A stretch of DNA of 64,000 bases from Candidatus Latescibacterota bacterium (GTDB taxonomy: Bacteria; Latescibacterota; UBA2968; UBA8231). The stretch covers positions 3,168,001 through 3,232,000 of the forward strand of contig CBDFJF010000002.1 in NCBI GenBank assembly GCA_965248265.1. The letters are read 5' to 3'. This document shows positions 28,593-37,846 of this stretch, in pieces. Under the pieces are notes generated by a model, which was not told where the DNA came from, searched no databases, and saw nothing but the letters and a program-made list of their open reading frames with translations. A program made the position numbers and the translations under genes. The stretch's first letter is position 1, and every line of letters starts with the position of its first letter.

Positions 28593-29455
28593 TAGTAGAG
28601 GTCGGAGATCAGGTTGAGTAACGCATCCGAGAGCGTGGGGTTGCCAGCCACCAGTCCTCCGCGGATCAGGGGATCTGACTGGTTGTACAGGCGCTCACGA
28701 CCGTCCAGATCGACCATGTGTCCGCCCGCTTCACACACAAGCAAGTCGCCGGCACATACATCCCATTCGTTCTTAGGCTGCACACTGACATTGACGTCGC
28801 ACAAGCCAGCGCTGATCACGGCCAGTTTGTAGGCGACGCTGCCGACTTCGCGAACTTCGTGCAGGTGGGGGCGCAGGGGATCCACCTCTCCCCGCGCTGC
28901 TTCACTGCGGCTGACAGTCAGCGAGGCGGTATCCAGGCGTTGACAGTCCGTGCAAAAGACGCGCTTGCCATTGAGGAAGGTGCCGCCGCCGCTGACGGCG
29001 CTGAACAGCTCGTCGGTGACCGGATTGAACATGGCAGCCACGGTAGGGCGGCCGGATTCCACCAGGGCGATGGAAACAGCAAATTCTCCAATGTGAGAGA
29101 CGAATTCCTTGGTGCCATCCAGCGGGTCCACGATCCAAACAGCGTCCCTGTCGAGTCGCTCGGGTGAATCGACGGTCTCCTCCGAAAGCCAACCATAGTC
29201 CGGGTGCGGACGGCGCAACATCTCCTCAAGACACTGGTTGGCAGCCAGATCAGCACTGGTGAGCGGGTCGTACTCGAGGTCGCGCAAGGCAGGCTGTCCA
29301 CCCTGGGATTCTTTGCCTTCCTTGATGGATTTCTTGTTTTCGACTTCGTAGGCGGACTCATAGAACCTGAGTAGCTGGGAGCCTGCCTCACGAGCGGCTT
29401 CCATGGCGAGCGTCAATTCGGGTCTCATGAGGTTGGAATATGGTGGGCCATTCAC
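28592..29455 (-). CDS. cysQ: 3'(2'),5'-bisphosphate nucleotidase (inositol monophosphatase family)
   Basis: PLTSADLAA, LSEE, WIVDPLDGTKEF and EWDVCAG. Alternative ATG start at 29428. Confidence 0.85.
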   Translation of the reverse strand: MNGPPYSNLMRPELTLAMEAAREAGSQLLRFYESAYEVENKKSIKEGKESQGGQPALRDLEYDPLTSADLAANQCLEEMLRRPHPDYGWLSEETVDSPERLDRDAVWIVDPLDGTKEFVSHIGEFAVSIALVESGRPTVAAMFNPVTDELFSAVSGGGTFLNGKRVFCTDCQRLDTASLTVSRSEAARGEVDPLRPHLHEVREVGSVAYKLAVISAGLCDVNVSVQPKNEWDVCAGDLLVCEAGGHMVDLDGRERLYNQSDPLIRGGLVAGNPTLSDALLNLISDLY

Positions 29456-29463
29456 AGGTAGGC

Positions 29464-29490
29464 AAAAAAAAACCCCACATCCTTGTGGGG
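29464..29490 (-). terminator. Intrinsic terminator immediately upstream of cysQ
   Basis: Minus strand reads CCCCACA-AGGA-TGTGGGG followed by T9. Confidence 0.85.
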
Positions 29491-29602
29491 ATTAGCGAGA
29501 CGTCCCTGTCCGGCGGAACGACAGAGCAAGGCTCATCATTCCACCCTGTATTATCGGCTCCGTAATCGATTGCTTGAGGAGATAGTCGCTGCGGAGCCTG
29601 AT
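29464..29602 (-). ncRNA. Candidate structured leader RNA or sRNA
   Basis: Hairpin GGCTCCG/CGGAGCC (29556-29598), then a second hairpin CTGTC/GACAG, then the terminator. Confidence 0.4.
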
Positions 29603-29731
29603 CTTGACAATGCTTGACAATGCTCCCGTTATCAGTAACCTAGGCTGTGTTCCATGACACAGCGTAGAACGTCCCGCGAGCGTGCACAGCGTTGCCCTTT
29701 CGGTGCTCAACCCAAAATCAAATTGGATACC

Positions 29732-30364
29732 ATGTCTTCACGCCGCATCACAATCGCACTCGTATTCTCAGTCGCCATCGGATCAATCCCAAGCTCCTGG
29801 GCCGAAAACGAAGCCGCTGATCAACGCGTCGTCGACACCCTCATCAGACTCGACCGCGACGATCTGTGGGGGGAAGCCGTGATGAAACAGGGTGGGGTAC
29901 GTCCGATCAGAGTGGTATCCATAAAAGGCGACACCGTGGACGTGCGCGAAGTGATAGGGGCGCTCCAAGAGCGCCCCGCGACCTACGCGATCTCTGAGTT
30001 CCGGTCGCTCCGTGAGCTCGGTGAGCACAGGATCCCGATGCGACGGGCACCTTATCGATCAAGCCGTTCGATGGTCAGGGCGTTGGGTCTGGAGTTGGTG
30101 GTACCGGGCGGTGGGTATTTCTATGTCGGCGAGTCCCGCCAGGGCTTGGCCATGCTCGGTTTCTCGGCCCTGGCCGTGGCTACCGCCTTCACCACCGGTG
30201 AATCCGGTGTTGCGGGATGGGTGCCCATTGCCACCTGGTTCAAGATCGCTTCACTGGTTCATCTCGCCGATGAAGTGCAAGCCATGAATGCGGCTCACGC
30301 CACAGCTGCAACCACGTCGTCGTCATCGCCACCGCTCCTGTTGGGGCTCACGCACCGCTTTTAG
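29732..30364 (+). CDS. Hypothetical secreted/membrane protein
   Basis: Signal peptide and an LxxVVPGGGYFYVG motif before hydrophobic helices. Confidence 0.65.
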   Translation: MSSRRITIALVFSVAIGSIPSSWAENEAADQRVVDTLIRLDRDDLWGEAVMKQGGVRPIRVVSIKGDTVDVREVIGALQERPATYAISEFRSLRELGEHRIPMRRAPYRSSRSMVRALGLELVVPGGGYFYVGESRQGLAMLGFSALAVATAFTTGESGVAGWVPIATWFKIASLVHLADEVQAMNAAHATAATTSSSSPPLLLGLTHRF

Positions 30365-30460
30365 TGCCCTGTCACGAAAGTATTCTTGTATTCGGCCGCC
30401 GATTCATCCCGACCTGCTGCGCCCTCATTTCACAAGCCTACTTCCATGACAGGGCACTAA
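30361..30460. mobile_element. 100-bp MITE-like element with terminal inverted repeats
   Basis: TTAGTGCCCTGTCA and TGACAGGGCACTAA form a perfect 14-bp IR, extending to 22 bp with 2 mismatches. Confidence 0.65.
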
Positions 30461-33405
30461 TCTGCCGTAGATCCAAAGGCATCCGCGAACAGGAAGAAGT
30501 CGTCGAAGTCGACGATCAGGCTGGCATCAAGGTCGAAGTCGGGGTCCCACCCAAGATTCTCGTCCGTAGTTCCGAAGGCATCCGCGAACAGGAAGAAGTC
30601 CTCGAGGTCGACCCGGCCGCTGCTGTCAAAGTCAGCCGGGAGCTCGGGTCCCGGAGGCTCCTCGCCGGGGGCCAGAACGAGTACCTCGACATTCTCTGAG
30701 TCGGCTCCGTCTTGCGCGTCCGTGGCGGTAAAGGCCAGGGAGGAGGCGCCCACGAATCCCGGGATGGGGTTGATGGTGAGGGTGCGTTCCTGGGCATTCA
30801 CGATGACGGACAACCCACTGCCCGCCAATACGTTCCAGCTGATCTGGCCGACGTCTTCGTCATCCGTTACCAGGGTGTCCAGATCCAACTGTGTGGGTGA
30901 ACCGGCCTCCAGGAACAATCGCGTTAGGTCGACAATTTGAGGCGGATCATCTATGTCCAGGATCAGCACGTCAATGGTATCTGCGACACTGGAGAGATCG
31001 TCGTTGACGGCGATGATGACGGTAAACGATCCTGAGCTGTCCGGTGCAGTCCAAAGCCGTAAAACTCCCGTTTCCTGGTTGAAGTCACTGATCAGGTCGG
31101 CCGACGGTGAAATGACGAATTCCAGGTCGCCGACGTCATCGTCCGAGTCCTCGACCAGGGCATGCAGGTCCAGTTCGAGGCTGTCGTCCTCAGAGATTGT
31201 CAGCGATTGCGGCAACGTAAGCACGGGTGAATCATTGACCGCGATAACCTCAATGGTGGCCGTGTCCTGGCTCTGAGCACCGAAGGCGTCCTCGGCGCTG
31301 ATGGTGAGACTGGCGTTGCCGGAAAAGTCAGCGTCCGGTACCAGGGTAATCTGTTCGCCATCGAAGGCGATCTGCAGGCGGTCACTGGTTACCTCGATGG
31401 TCAATTCTGTATCGTCGACATCGGTGACGAATGCACTCAGTGGCCTGATGGATGTTCCATCCTCGAACATCGTGAACGGCGTTATGGCGACGACCGGCGG
31501 GTCGTTCACGGAGCTTGAAGTGATCAGGTCCGAAGACACCGTCCCAAGATCACCCTCGTCGCCAATGGTTTCGTCGTCAGCCGTAAGGGAAAACGACTCC
31601 TCATCTACGGTCGGGAAGTAGGTCAGATTGGGGAAGGTGGCGACCGCGTTCACGGCCGTCGCCGTGTTGAACTGGAGGGTCCCTGGGGCGTTCGTCGTCA
31701 GTGTGATGGCGTCGTCGAAGTCCGTGTCGAGGAAATCCAGATCATCTCGGGCTTCGACGACTGGCGGAACGTCCAACGCGATGCCGCTGATGGATCCTGC
31801 CGGCTGCGTGGTGAAGGCCAGATGGGTGGCGACAACGTCGATCTCGAGCACTCCCATAGTATCGGAATTGGCCCTTACCATTCCTCTGCCGCCCGTGGAG
31901 GTCAGCAAATCACCGGTGGCAAATGATACCCAAATCGAGTCATGCTCCGTCGCCGTCGTTTCCACCAGCGCGGAGACCAGATAGTGCCGCTCGACCCCTG
32001 AAGCGGGAGTACTAGGCGACTCCAATCCGATCGTGAAAGGGATGCCAAGCATCACATCCGAGCTGCCGATGCTGCCCACCAACTCGTCAGGGACCCCTGA
32101 GGTATCCAGGGTGGCATCCGTGCTCTCGAACAAACGGAACTCCACGAAGTTCCCAGCCACGTCAAGGTCATCGGGAAAGCCGAAAAGAGTCAATGCCAAC
32201 GAGTCGACGCTGGTGGTTCCATCGCCGGTGAAAGCGATGCTGAACAGCTGCGTCTCTCGCTGAGGGGCGCCGATGCCTCCCTGCACGGCGGAATTGTCAG
32301 GATCGATCAGGCGAATGCGGTGGTTGTCCCGGTCCGCTATGAGAATCTGGCCGAGTGAGTCGACGGTGACATCGACCGGGCTGCGTACCTGGGCATGATT
32401 GGCGGGACCACCGTCGCCGGCGTAGTCGAAGATGCCGTCGCCGGCAATGGTCGTCACGTTGCCGCGCGCGTTCACCCGGCGGACGCGTTGATTGAAGGTA
32501 TCGGCGATATACAGGTTGCCTTCTGCATCCACGAACAGGCCCCTGGGGAAGGCGAGTCCGGCGTCCGCGGGGGCACCGCCATCACCACCGAAATTTGGCA
32601 GGGAGCTGCCGGCGAGGGTGTGCATTTTGCCGTCCGAGGAAACGTAGCGAATGCGATGATTGTTGGTATCTGTTATGTACAACCGGCCTGAAGTCGAGTC
32701 GCTGAAGACACCCGAGGGACCATCGAGTTGGGCCTTTACTGCCAGGCTGTCGTCGCCGAAGAAGCCGGCCTCGCCGGTTCCGGCGAAGGTTGAGATCGAA
32801 CTGCCCGTGATCACCCGGATGCGGTGATTTCCCGTGTCGGCGACAAAGATGCTGTCCCCGTTCCCACTCACAAACAGCTGCGTTGGTGCTGACAGCCGCG
32901 CCTCGATTGCGGCACCATCGTCGCCTGAGGCCCCCGCTACTCCGGTGCCGGCGATCGTGGTGATATCGCCGTTGGCAATCAAACGAATTCGGTGGTTGCC
33001 CGAGTCAGCTACGTAGACGTTCCCGGACGGGGTCACGAATACCCCTATGGGGGCGTTGAGCTGCGCCAACGATGCCGCTGCGCCATCCCCTGAGAATCCG
33101 GCAACACCGGTGCCGGCGATGACCGCAGGGATGCCGGTGGATTCGTCGATGAAGAGGATGCGGTTGTTCCCGGTATCGGCGATATAGAGTCCGAACGGAT
33201 CGACATGGACGGCTCCGGGGAGGTCGAGGCTGGTCGTGATCCCGGTCGCGCCCACACTGCTGCCCTGGGAGCCGGTGCCGACGTTGGTCGTCATGGTCTG
33301 GGACAGGACTACGCTATAGCTCCCAACCGTGGCGGCGGCGATCAGCAGCAGCACTCCTACGGAGGATCGCCATGGTGACTTTCGAAGGCCTGCGGGAACC
33401 ATCAT
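30457..33405 (-). CDS. Secreted protein with NHL propeller, cadherin/Ig-like repeats and a C-terminal dockerin-like module
   Basis: Repeated IADTGNxRIR / AGTG.AG..GDG motifs, VNDPP/VNDSP repeats and a duplicated DFDxxGxVDxxDFFLFADAFG. The start is uncertain. Confidence 0.85.
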   Translation of the reverse strand: MMVPAGLRKSPWRSSVGVLLLIAAATVGSYSVVLSQTMTTNVGTGSQGSSVGATGITTSLDLPGAVHVDPFGLYIADTGNNRILFIDESTGIPAVIAGTGVAGFSGDGAAASLAQLNAPIGVFVTPSGNVYVADSGNHRIRLIANGDITTIAGTGVAGASGDDGAAIEARLSAPTQLFVSGNGDSIFVADTGNHRIRVITGSSISTFAGTGEAGFFGDDSLAVKAQLDGPSGVFSDSTSGRLYITDTNNHRIRYVSSDGKMHTLAGSSLPNFGGDGGAPADAGLAFPRGLFVDAEGNLYIADTFNQRVRRVNARGNVTTIAGDGIFDYAGDGGPANHAQVRSPVDVTVDSLGQILIADRDNHRIRLIDPDNSAVQGGIGAPQRETQLFSIAFTGDGTTSVDSLALTLFGFPDDLDVAGNFVEFRLFESTDATLDTSGVPDELVGSIGSSDVMLGIPFTIGLESPSTPASGVERHYLVSALVETTATEHDSIWVSFATGDLLTSTGGRGMVRANSDTMGVLEIDVVATHLAFTTQPAGSISGIALDVPPVVEARDDLDFLDTDFDDAITLTTNAPGTLQFNTATAVNAVATFPNLTYFPTVDEESFSLTADDETIGDEGDLGTVSSDLITSSSVNDPPVVAITPFTMFEDGTSIRPLSAFVTDVDDTELTIEVTSDRLQIAFDGEQITLVPDADFSGNASLTISAEDAFGAQSQDTATIEVIAVNDSPVLTLPQSLTISEDDSLELDLHALVEDSDDDVGDLEFVISPSADLISDFNQETGVLRLWTAPDSSGSFTVIIAVNDDLSSVADTIDVLILDIDDPPQIVDLTRLFLEAGSPTQLDLDTLVTDDEDVGQISWNVLAGSGLSVIVNAQERTLTINPIPGFVGASSLAFTATDAQDGADSENVEVLVLAPGEEPPGPELPADFDSSGRVDLEDFFLFADAFGTTDENLGWDPDFDLDASLIVDFDDFFLFADAFGSTAD

Positions 33406-33777
33406 CGACTTAAAAGCCCCAAACATTAAAGGAATCCGAGCAAACGTGCGATAAGTACTAGGAATAGCAACGACTACTACCTCATTTATCGTTGGCAAAC
33501 CGGAAAACCTGAGAATTAACTCAGTGATTCAAGGTCAGGCGCGGGAAATTCCGGATTCCAGGGCACGGACGAGGTGGAACGAGGTTTGCTCTCTGTGCCA
33601 GAGAGTGTGCCGCCCTGAGCGAAAATCCGCGTGGCGAGCAGACCGGTACAGGGATGCTGACAGTGAGTTGTGACAATTTACGGCTCTCGAGTGGGAATAT
33701 ATTTCCACTCGAGAGCGTCTGATAGTGTAACGGTAGGGAATGTGTGTGACATTATCTGGGAAGAATCCGTTGGCTGA

Positions 33778-36700
33778 ATGCTGCGTCTAGTCACCATCAC
33801 GGTTGTCGTCCTAGCACTCGCGGGTATGTGTGGGGCCCAATCCGTCCAGGTTTCACCCTCCGAGCTGGGCCAGGTGCCCTCCTTCTCGGCAGTGCCATAC
33901 TGGCAGCAGTTGGTGATCACCTTCGACCAGGCGGACGTGGCCAGCGACTCCACGGTGACGATCAACATGCCGCTCACGCTGCTGATCTACGACGTCAACG
34001 GTGACGGTTCGGTTCAGGATGACATCCGTTTGATGTACCAACCGGCGGGCGCGGAAACTCCAGGATTCTTCGTGTCCAGTGAATCCGCAAGCGGGCGTGT
34101 CGTCATCGGCAGCATTGCGGAGGCCGCCTTCGGTGGCCGTCTGTACGTCCAGATTCCGATTCTTATTTTCACTCCGCTGCCGGGCTCGATCCTGCGTTAC
34201 GGGGCGATAGAATTTGGCGATCCACGTGAGCGCGATCTGATCGAGGGTCCGTTTTTGACCGTGCTCTCGAACGACGAGTTCGCTCTTCTTGGCTCGATGG
34301 ATATCGCCAAGTTTGCCCCCCTGTTTGCGGCCACCGGCTCCGATACCACCACGTCGACCCTAGGGACCCTCTTTCCCGACGATGCCGGTGAAGTCCTGGC
34401 GGTCCTGCCGGATCTGGTTTTCGATGGCGGCGGCTTGAACTCCAGTGATCTACTGGGGTTTGGCAACGGAGATGACTCCGACGATACAGAATACTCCTTC
34501 CACTTCTCGAATGATGGCTCGCTTAAAGCAGTCGACTCGAGTGTGGCCACGCCTGCTCGGGCCTCGACTGGCGAGGTGTACCGCTTGACGGAGGGAGACG
34601 CCGGCGCAACGGTTCAATTCTTGACCCAGGTACTGGATGCTGGCACCTACTACCTCTACGTGACCAGCAACGTTACTGGTAGTATCCCTCTGGCTCGCAG
34701 TCGAGCCATCAGCGTGCGTCATCAACCTCAAGTGCTGTTGGCTGAACCGAGCCTCGATCTGACTCTCGACACCGGCGATCTGTACGACCTCAGCGGCGAT
34801 CCGAACGGTAACTCGGCACAGGAGGTCACGCTGTCCTACGCCGCGTTGGATCACGACGACGAGGTTTCCGTCCATCTATTCTACAGTGAACAGGCCGACC
34901 TGACGAGCAGTGATGCCAGTGTAGTGGCTGAAGGCCAGGCGCAATTGGCCGGAGCCACAGCCATCACTGAAGAGGCCCTGGTCGAAACAGAGGGCAGTCT
35001 ATCGTGGCACATCTTGGAACCGACGCCAGTGGCAGCTGGAGATTACTGGATCTACACCATGGCCGTGGGGGGCTCCGAGATTGGGCTCAAGCGCAGTGAT
35101 GGCCAGGTCCATGTCAGACACGCTCCATCCTTGAGGCTGGATGCCCTCGATGATGCGGTGCTGAGCGGTGCCAATGCCATCATCACCGGCGGCACTCGTC
35201 CACAGTCCTTCATCACCTTTACATGGGGTCGAGGAGGCAGCGATGGGGATGACGATTTCGACGGCGACGCCGAGATCGCACTGTATTACAGCAATCATGG
35301 CGCCGGTTTGGCCCCACCAGCCGAGAATGTTGAAGAGGAAACCTTTTGGGTACCGGGTGGAGCAGAAGCACTGCTGGCAGACGTTGGCGTCAACACCCAT
35401 TTGATCGTCGCCGGCCTGAACGAAGATCCAGATCAGCGGGAGGATAACCAGTTCGTCTGGGATCTGGCGAATTTGACCGACACCGCTGTACCGGAAGCCG
35501 ATCGCACCTACTACATCTATGGCATCATCTCCGATGGTGATGATGAGCGCCTGGTGCAGATGAATGGTGGTCGTCTCAATGACGCGGCCTCCCGCATCGT
35601 TTTTGAACATCCTCCGACCGTGCGTCCTCTGCAACCGGTCTCCGACATGGACGTCGCGATCGGGCGGAGTGGGCGAGTGAGTTGGCAGGATACCGATCTC
35701 GACACCCAGGCCTGGATAAGGATCATTCTCACCCAAGAGGATCACGGCGAATTTTCCGACTACGGTACCGTCACGTCCGCACCGTCCGCCTACGTGGCCA
35801 ATTCGAGTGATGGACGGGCAAGTCCCGAGGTCGATGTCGAATTCGATCTGGACGAGGACAGCGACACGGACTTCTTCGACGTCGAACCGGATAAGCTACA
35901 ACTCGGTGTCAGTGCGGACGTACCGCTGCCGCCCGGATCCTATCAGGTGTACGTCGCCATTACCGAATCGCAGACGTTTACCGATTCACCGGCATGGCGT
36001 TGCGCCGGGATCATAGAAATTGTCGAAGCGGGGGAAGGGGGCAACCAGGAGGCGGTGTTCAACCTGGCACCCCAACACTTCACACTCGGGACCAACACAC
36101 CACAACTCGTGAACGTCCGGATTGATGACGCCGATGAGTCAGTCGATCTCGTCGTCGTCCATCTCGAGATAGATGGCACCCATTTGTCGGTCGCCGACTT
36201 GGATTCGGAGACAGAAGGGATTCAGCCCTTCGCCGTGTCGCCTGGATTCAGCGCTTCGAACATGGTAATGAACACCCTCACCAATGGAAATGAGGGGGAG
36301 CTCTTTCTCGCCTTCGAGTACTTCGAGGCGACTTCGGCGCGAATCGCCGGGTTGGATGGTGTTACGTCAATAGCCTCCTTCGAGTTGGTCGCTCTGGATA
36401 ATGAGGGTGACGCCGATGTCGAACTGGTAAGCGATCCGCTCATGGATCGCCTGTCGAGGCTCGATCGTGATGGAGTCACCGTTTCCTCAGGCAGTGAATC
36501 AAGCCTGGCGACAGCTCGCATCGTCTCCGGTCGGGCACTGGTTCGGGGCACGCTGCGGCTTGAAGGACGAGACAGCTTGATCGACTCCGTCGACTTCTCC
36601 CTGCGCCCGTGGGCTAGTTACGAGAAACTCGATGACGACGTCTTCAGCGCCGCGAACGACATCGACCCCGTCAAGAGTGGAGTGCAGGTCCAGATTGCCG

Positions 36701-37830
36701 CCGACGGAGTCTTCGAGCTCATGGAGGTGCCGACCGGTCGCCTGGACATCTACGCCCACATGGACGGTTACCTGGATGCCTGGCATTCAGGTTTGGATCT
36801 GCTGCCGGCACAGGTTGTCGAGGACATCCGTCCGGTGACGCCAACCGGGGCTGTCGTTGCCGACGATTCACTGATGCTGGGTGGTGATGTGGCCGGCTAC
36901 ACTGACTTGAGCGGTCGAAGTCTTCCAGACAACGAGGTTACACTGGCCGACTGGGATTTCACCGCCGCCTTGTTCGATCGCACGGCAGCCAGTGTGGGAG
37001 ACAGCGCGAGAGCCGACATCACCGGGGATGGTTTCATCAACGTTAGAGATCTGGCTCTGGTCGGAGCAAACTTCCTGCGCCGAGGACCTCGACCGGTTTA
37101 CAAGGTGGCGCCCCAATCCGAATCATCGCCTCATGCGCTGCTGCGAGTCGAATACAGATCGGGCACGGATGACAACGCTTTTGTGGAGCTGTGGGGGGAT
37201 CGAATATCCGCCGTGGCTGCCTGTCAGTTCGATCTGGCATTCTTACCTGGTGCCTGGAAGATCCTGGAGGTGGTGCCTGGAGCCAGGGGCTCCATGGCGG
37301 TGCACAGGCACAATGCCAATGGTCACAAGGTAGCAGCCGTACTCATGGACGGACATCTGTCAACGGATGTTCCACTGATGAGCTGGCGACTGCAGGCTCT
37401 ACAGGCCGAGCCGAGTCCACCGACACTTGCCGGTGCGCTCTTACTGGATCGCTCCCACCGAGAAATCGTTGCTGAAGTGGTTTCGACGCCAGCCGGGCAG
37501 ACTGAGCCCCAACCCCTCCACTTCGGGCTGAGTCAGAACTTTCCAAACCCGTTCAACCCGGAAACGACCATTGGCTTCACTGTTCCGGCGATGGTGGGGA
37601 GGGTGGCATCCGAGCCGCACGTGCAACTCGAAGTGTATAACTCGGTGGGACAGTTGGTTGCCCAGCTCGTCGACGGAGCGTTCGCGCCCGGGCCGCACAC
37701 CGTGCACTGGGATGGACATGACAGGGACGGTTTGACCGCCGGCAGCGGCGTCTATTTCTATCGTCTGCATATCGTCAGTGATGATGCCGGCAGCCGCACC
37801 CTGGTGCGGCGCATGCTGCTGCTAAGGTGA
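33778..37830 (+). CDS. Giant secreted protein with cohesin-like, dockerin-like and FlgD/T9SS-like C-terminal domains
   Basis: Signal peptide, DNEVTLADW...ADITGDGFINVRDLALVGANF, and QNFPNPFNPETTI..VYNSVGQ..WDG..SGVYFYRL. Confidence 0.85.
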   Translation: MLRLVTITVVVLALAGMCGAQSVQVSPSELGQVPSFSAVPYWQQLVITFDQADVASDSTVTINMPLTLLIYDVNGDGSVQDDIRLMYQPAGAETPGFFVSSESASGRVVIGSIAEAAFGGRLYVQIPILIFTPLPGSILRYGAIEFGDPRERDLIEGPFLTVLSNDEFALLGSMDIAKFAPLFAATGSDTTTSTLGTLFPDDAGEVLAVLPDLVFDGGGLNSSDLLGFGNGDDSDDTEYSFHFSNDGSLKAVDSSVATPARASTGEVYRLTEGDAGATVQFLTQVLDAGTYYLYVTSNVTGSIPLARSRAISVRHQPQVLLAEPSLDLTLDTGDLYDLSGDPNGNSAQEVTLSYAALDHDDEVSVHLFYSEQADLTSSDASVVAEGQAQLAGATAITEEALVETEGSLSWHILEPTPVAAGDYWIYTMAVGGSEIGLKRSDGQVHVRHAPSLRLDALDDAVLSGANAIITGGTRPQSFITFTWGRGGSDGDDDFDGDAEIALYYSNHGAGLAPPAENVEEETFWVPGGAEALLADVGVNTHLIVAGLNEDPDQREDNQFVWDLANLTDTAVPEADRTYYIYGIISDGDDERLVQMNGGRLNDAASRIVFEHPPTVRPLQPVSDMDVAIGRSGRVSWQDTDLDTQAWIRIILTQEDHGEFSDYGTVTSAPSAYVANSSDGRASPEVDVEFDLDEDSDTDFFDVEPDKLQLGVSADVPLPPGSYQVYVAITESQTFTDSPAWRCAGIIEIVEAGEGGNQEAVFNLAPQHFTLGTNTPQLVNVRIDDADESVDLVVVHLEIDGTHLSVADLDSETEGIQPFAVSPGFSASNMVMNTLTNGNEGELFLAFEYFEATSARIAGLDGVTSIASFELVALDNEGDADVELVSDPLMDRLSRLDRDGVTVSSGSESSLATARIVSGRALVRGTLRLEGRDSLIDSVDFSLRPWASYEKLDDDVFSAANDIDPVKSGVQVQIAADGVFELMEVPTGRLDIYAHMDGYLDAWHSGLDLLPAQVVEDIRPVTPTGAVVADDSLMLGGDVAGYTDLSGRSLPDNEVTLADWDFTAALFDRTAASVGDSARADITGDGFINVRDLALVGANFLRRGPRPVYKVAPQSESSPHALLRVEYRSGTDDNAFVELWGDRISAVAACQFDLAFLPGAWKILEVVPGARGSMAVHRHNANGHKVAAVLMDGHLSTDVPLMSWRLQALQAEPSPPTLAGALLLDRSHREIVAEVVSTPAGQTEPQPLHFGLSQNFPNPFNPETTIGFTVPAMVGRVASEPHVQLEVYNSVGQLVAQLVDGAFAPGPHTVHWDGHDRDGLTAGSGVYFYRLHIVSDDAGSRTLVRRMLLLR

Positions 37831-37846
37831 GGGAAGGGGGGAGTCG

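Noticed and set aside
29535-29555. T-box riboswitch (AGGGTGGAA on the minus strand)
   Set aside because: It lacks the TGGNACC bulge (reads TGGAATG), no stem I is visible, and the downstream gene is not amino-acid related.
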